From the sequence record DRR378314_956: 64,000 bases of DNA. One strand, 5' to 3'. The notes under the pieces were generated by a model. It saw only the letters and a program-made list of their open reading frames with translations, was not told where the DNA came from and made no database searches. The translations under genes were made by a program, and so were the position numbers. This document shows, piece after piece, positions 63,148 to 64,000 of the stretch (the first letter of the stretch is position 1; every line of letters begins with the position of its first letter).

Positions 63148-64000
63148 TTAGCCTTGCAGTAGCTGAAGCACCTGCTGAGGCCGGGCGTTCGCCTGCGACA
63201 GAACCGAGAGACCCGCCTGTTGCAGTACCTGGGTGCGAGCCAGTTCCGCGGTTTCCGCCGCGAAATCAGCGTCCCTGATACGGCTGTTGGCCGCCGAGAG
63301 GTTCTCGGATGTAGTGCTCAGGTTCGTGATCGTCGACTCGAACCGGTTCTGAACGGCACCGAGTTCGGCCCTCAGCCCGTTGATCTGGTCAATGGCGTAA
63401 TCCGTGGCGATCATCGCCAGGTCTGCGCCATCCTGTGACGATATGTCTATCGTGTTCACCGAGACCTGATCACCCGGTATGGTCGTCGCAACGTTGAATG
63501 TGGCGCCACTGGCGACCGTGACATCCACTGTGAACGCCTGCTCGAATTCTGACGAGAATATGATGTCATTGTTCTCACGGTCAAGGAACGCTGTCACGCC
63601 GGTTTGCTGGGTTTGTGCGTTAACTTGCCCAAGAATGTCCTCGAGAGAACTGGCGCCGCTGACGTTGACCACCGTTGTACCAGAGGCATCCAGTAGTGGA
63701 AGCTCAACCGAGAAGTCCACTGTGCCGCCGGCGTCGAAGATGTCCGCTACGCTCTGGCCACTGACCAGTGCTGCCGACAGACCTGAGGTGGCGCCAATGA
63801 CGGAACCAAGGGCGCTCCCCCTCGCATCCAGCCCGCTGACGGAGATGGTTTCACCGGTATTTGCGCCGACCTGGAAGGTTTGCGTTGGAAGCGATCCATC
63901 CAATACCCGAAGGCCGTTGAAGGATGTCTGACTGGCGATTCGGCTAATCTCGGCGATTCGTTGCTGAACTTCCTGGTTCAGGGCGTCACGGTCCGAGTTG
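63148..64000 (-). CDS. fliC: Flagellin (5' part lies beyond the window end)
   Basis: Frame stays open to the window edge (NSDRDALNQEVQQRIAEISRIASQTSFNGLRVLDG), FQVGAN, RAELGAVQNRF, SRIRDADFAAE and QVLQLL. Confidence 0.95.
   Translation of the reverse strand, partial: NSDRDALNQEVQQRIAEISRIASQTSFNGLRVLDGSLPTQTFQVGANTGETISVSGLDARGSALGSVIGATSGLSAALVSGQSVADIFDAGGTVDFSVELPLLDASGTTVVNVSGASSLEDILGQVNAQTQQTGVTAFLDRENNDIIFSSEFEQAFTVDVTVASGATFNVATTIPGDQVSVNTIDISSQDGADLAMIATDYAIDQINGLRAELGAVQNRFESTITNLSTTSENLSAANSRIRDADFAAETAELARTQVLQQAGLSVLSQANARPQQVLQLLQG

Overview
This is a gene-dense window from a gammaproteobacterium. The gene set and sequence style suggest Marinobacter or a relative, which is inference only. 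Most of the window encodes cell-surface glycosylation. (i) 0.4-3.1 kb: a sigma54-driven type IV pilin ending in Ser, a Wzy_C-family O-oligosaccharyltransferase candidate and a second pilin. (ii) 4.5-37.9 kb: an RfaH-associated Wzx/Wzy polysaccharide locus with cysQ-rfaH-wzz, wzi, a large SLBB export protein, a second wzz and the wbpB/D/E plus wecB-type diacetamido-uronic acid pathway. Its AT-rich core carries acyl-, pyruvyl- and sulfotransferases, a FemAB-like GNAT and a deacetylase, and it ends with wbpM, cysC, an SLC13 permease and a TviB/WbpO dehydrogenase. Two beta-CASP metallo-beta-lactamase-fold genes sit near its two ends, and a perfect ops element lies inside the wzi coding sequence. 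(iii) 38-45 kb: MvaT, a PAS-GGDEF and receiver-CheC pair, a DUF6160-like secreted protein, sbcB and a TPR protein. (iv) 45.3-64 kb: a pseudaminic-acid-type flagellin glycosylation island beside a partial flagellin gene. It has an unusual tailoring set: ATP-grasp, two different PseG fusions, M20 amidohydrolase, Gfo/Idh/MocA, enolase-superfamily enzyme, 2OG oxygenase and methyltransferases. I recognised no rRNA, tRNA, CRISPR array or transposase. All calls are by eye from motifs; no database searches were run.
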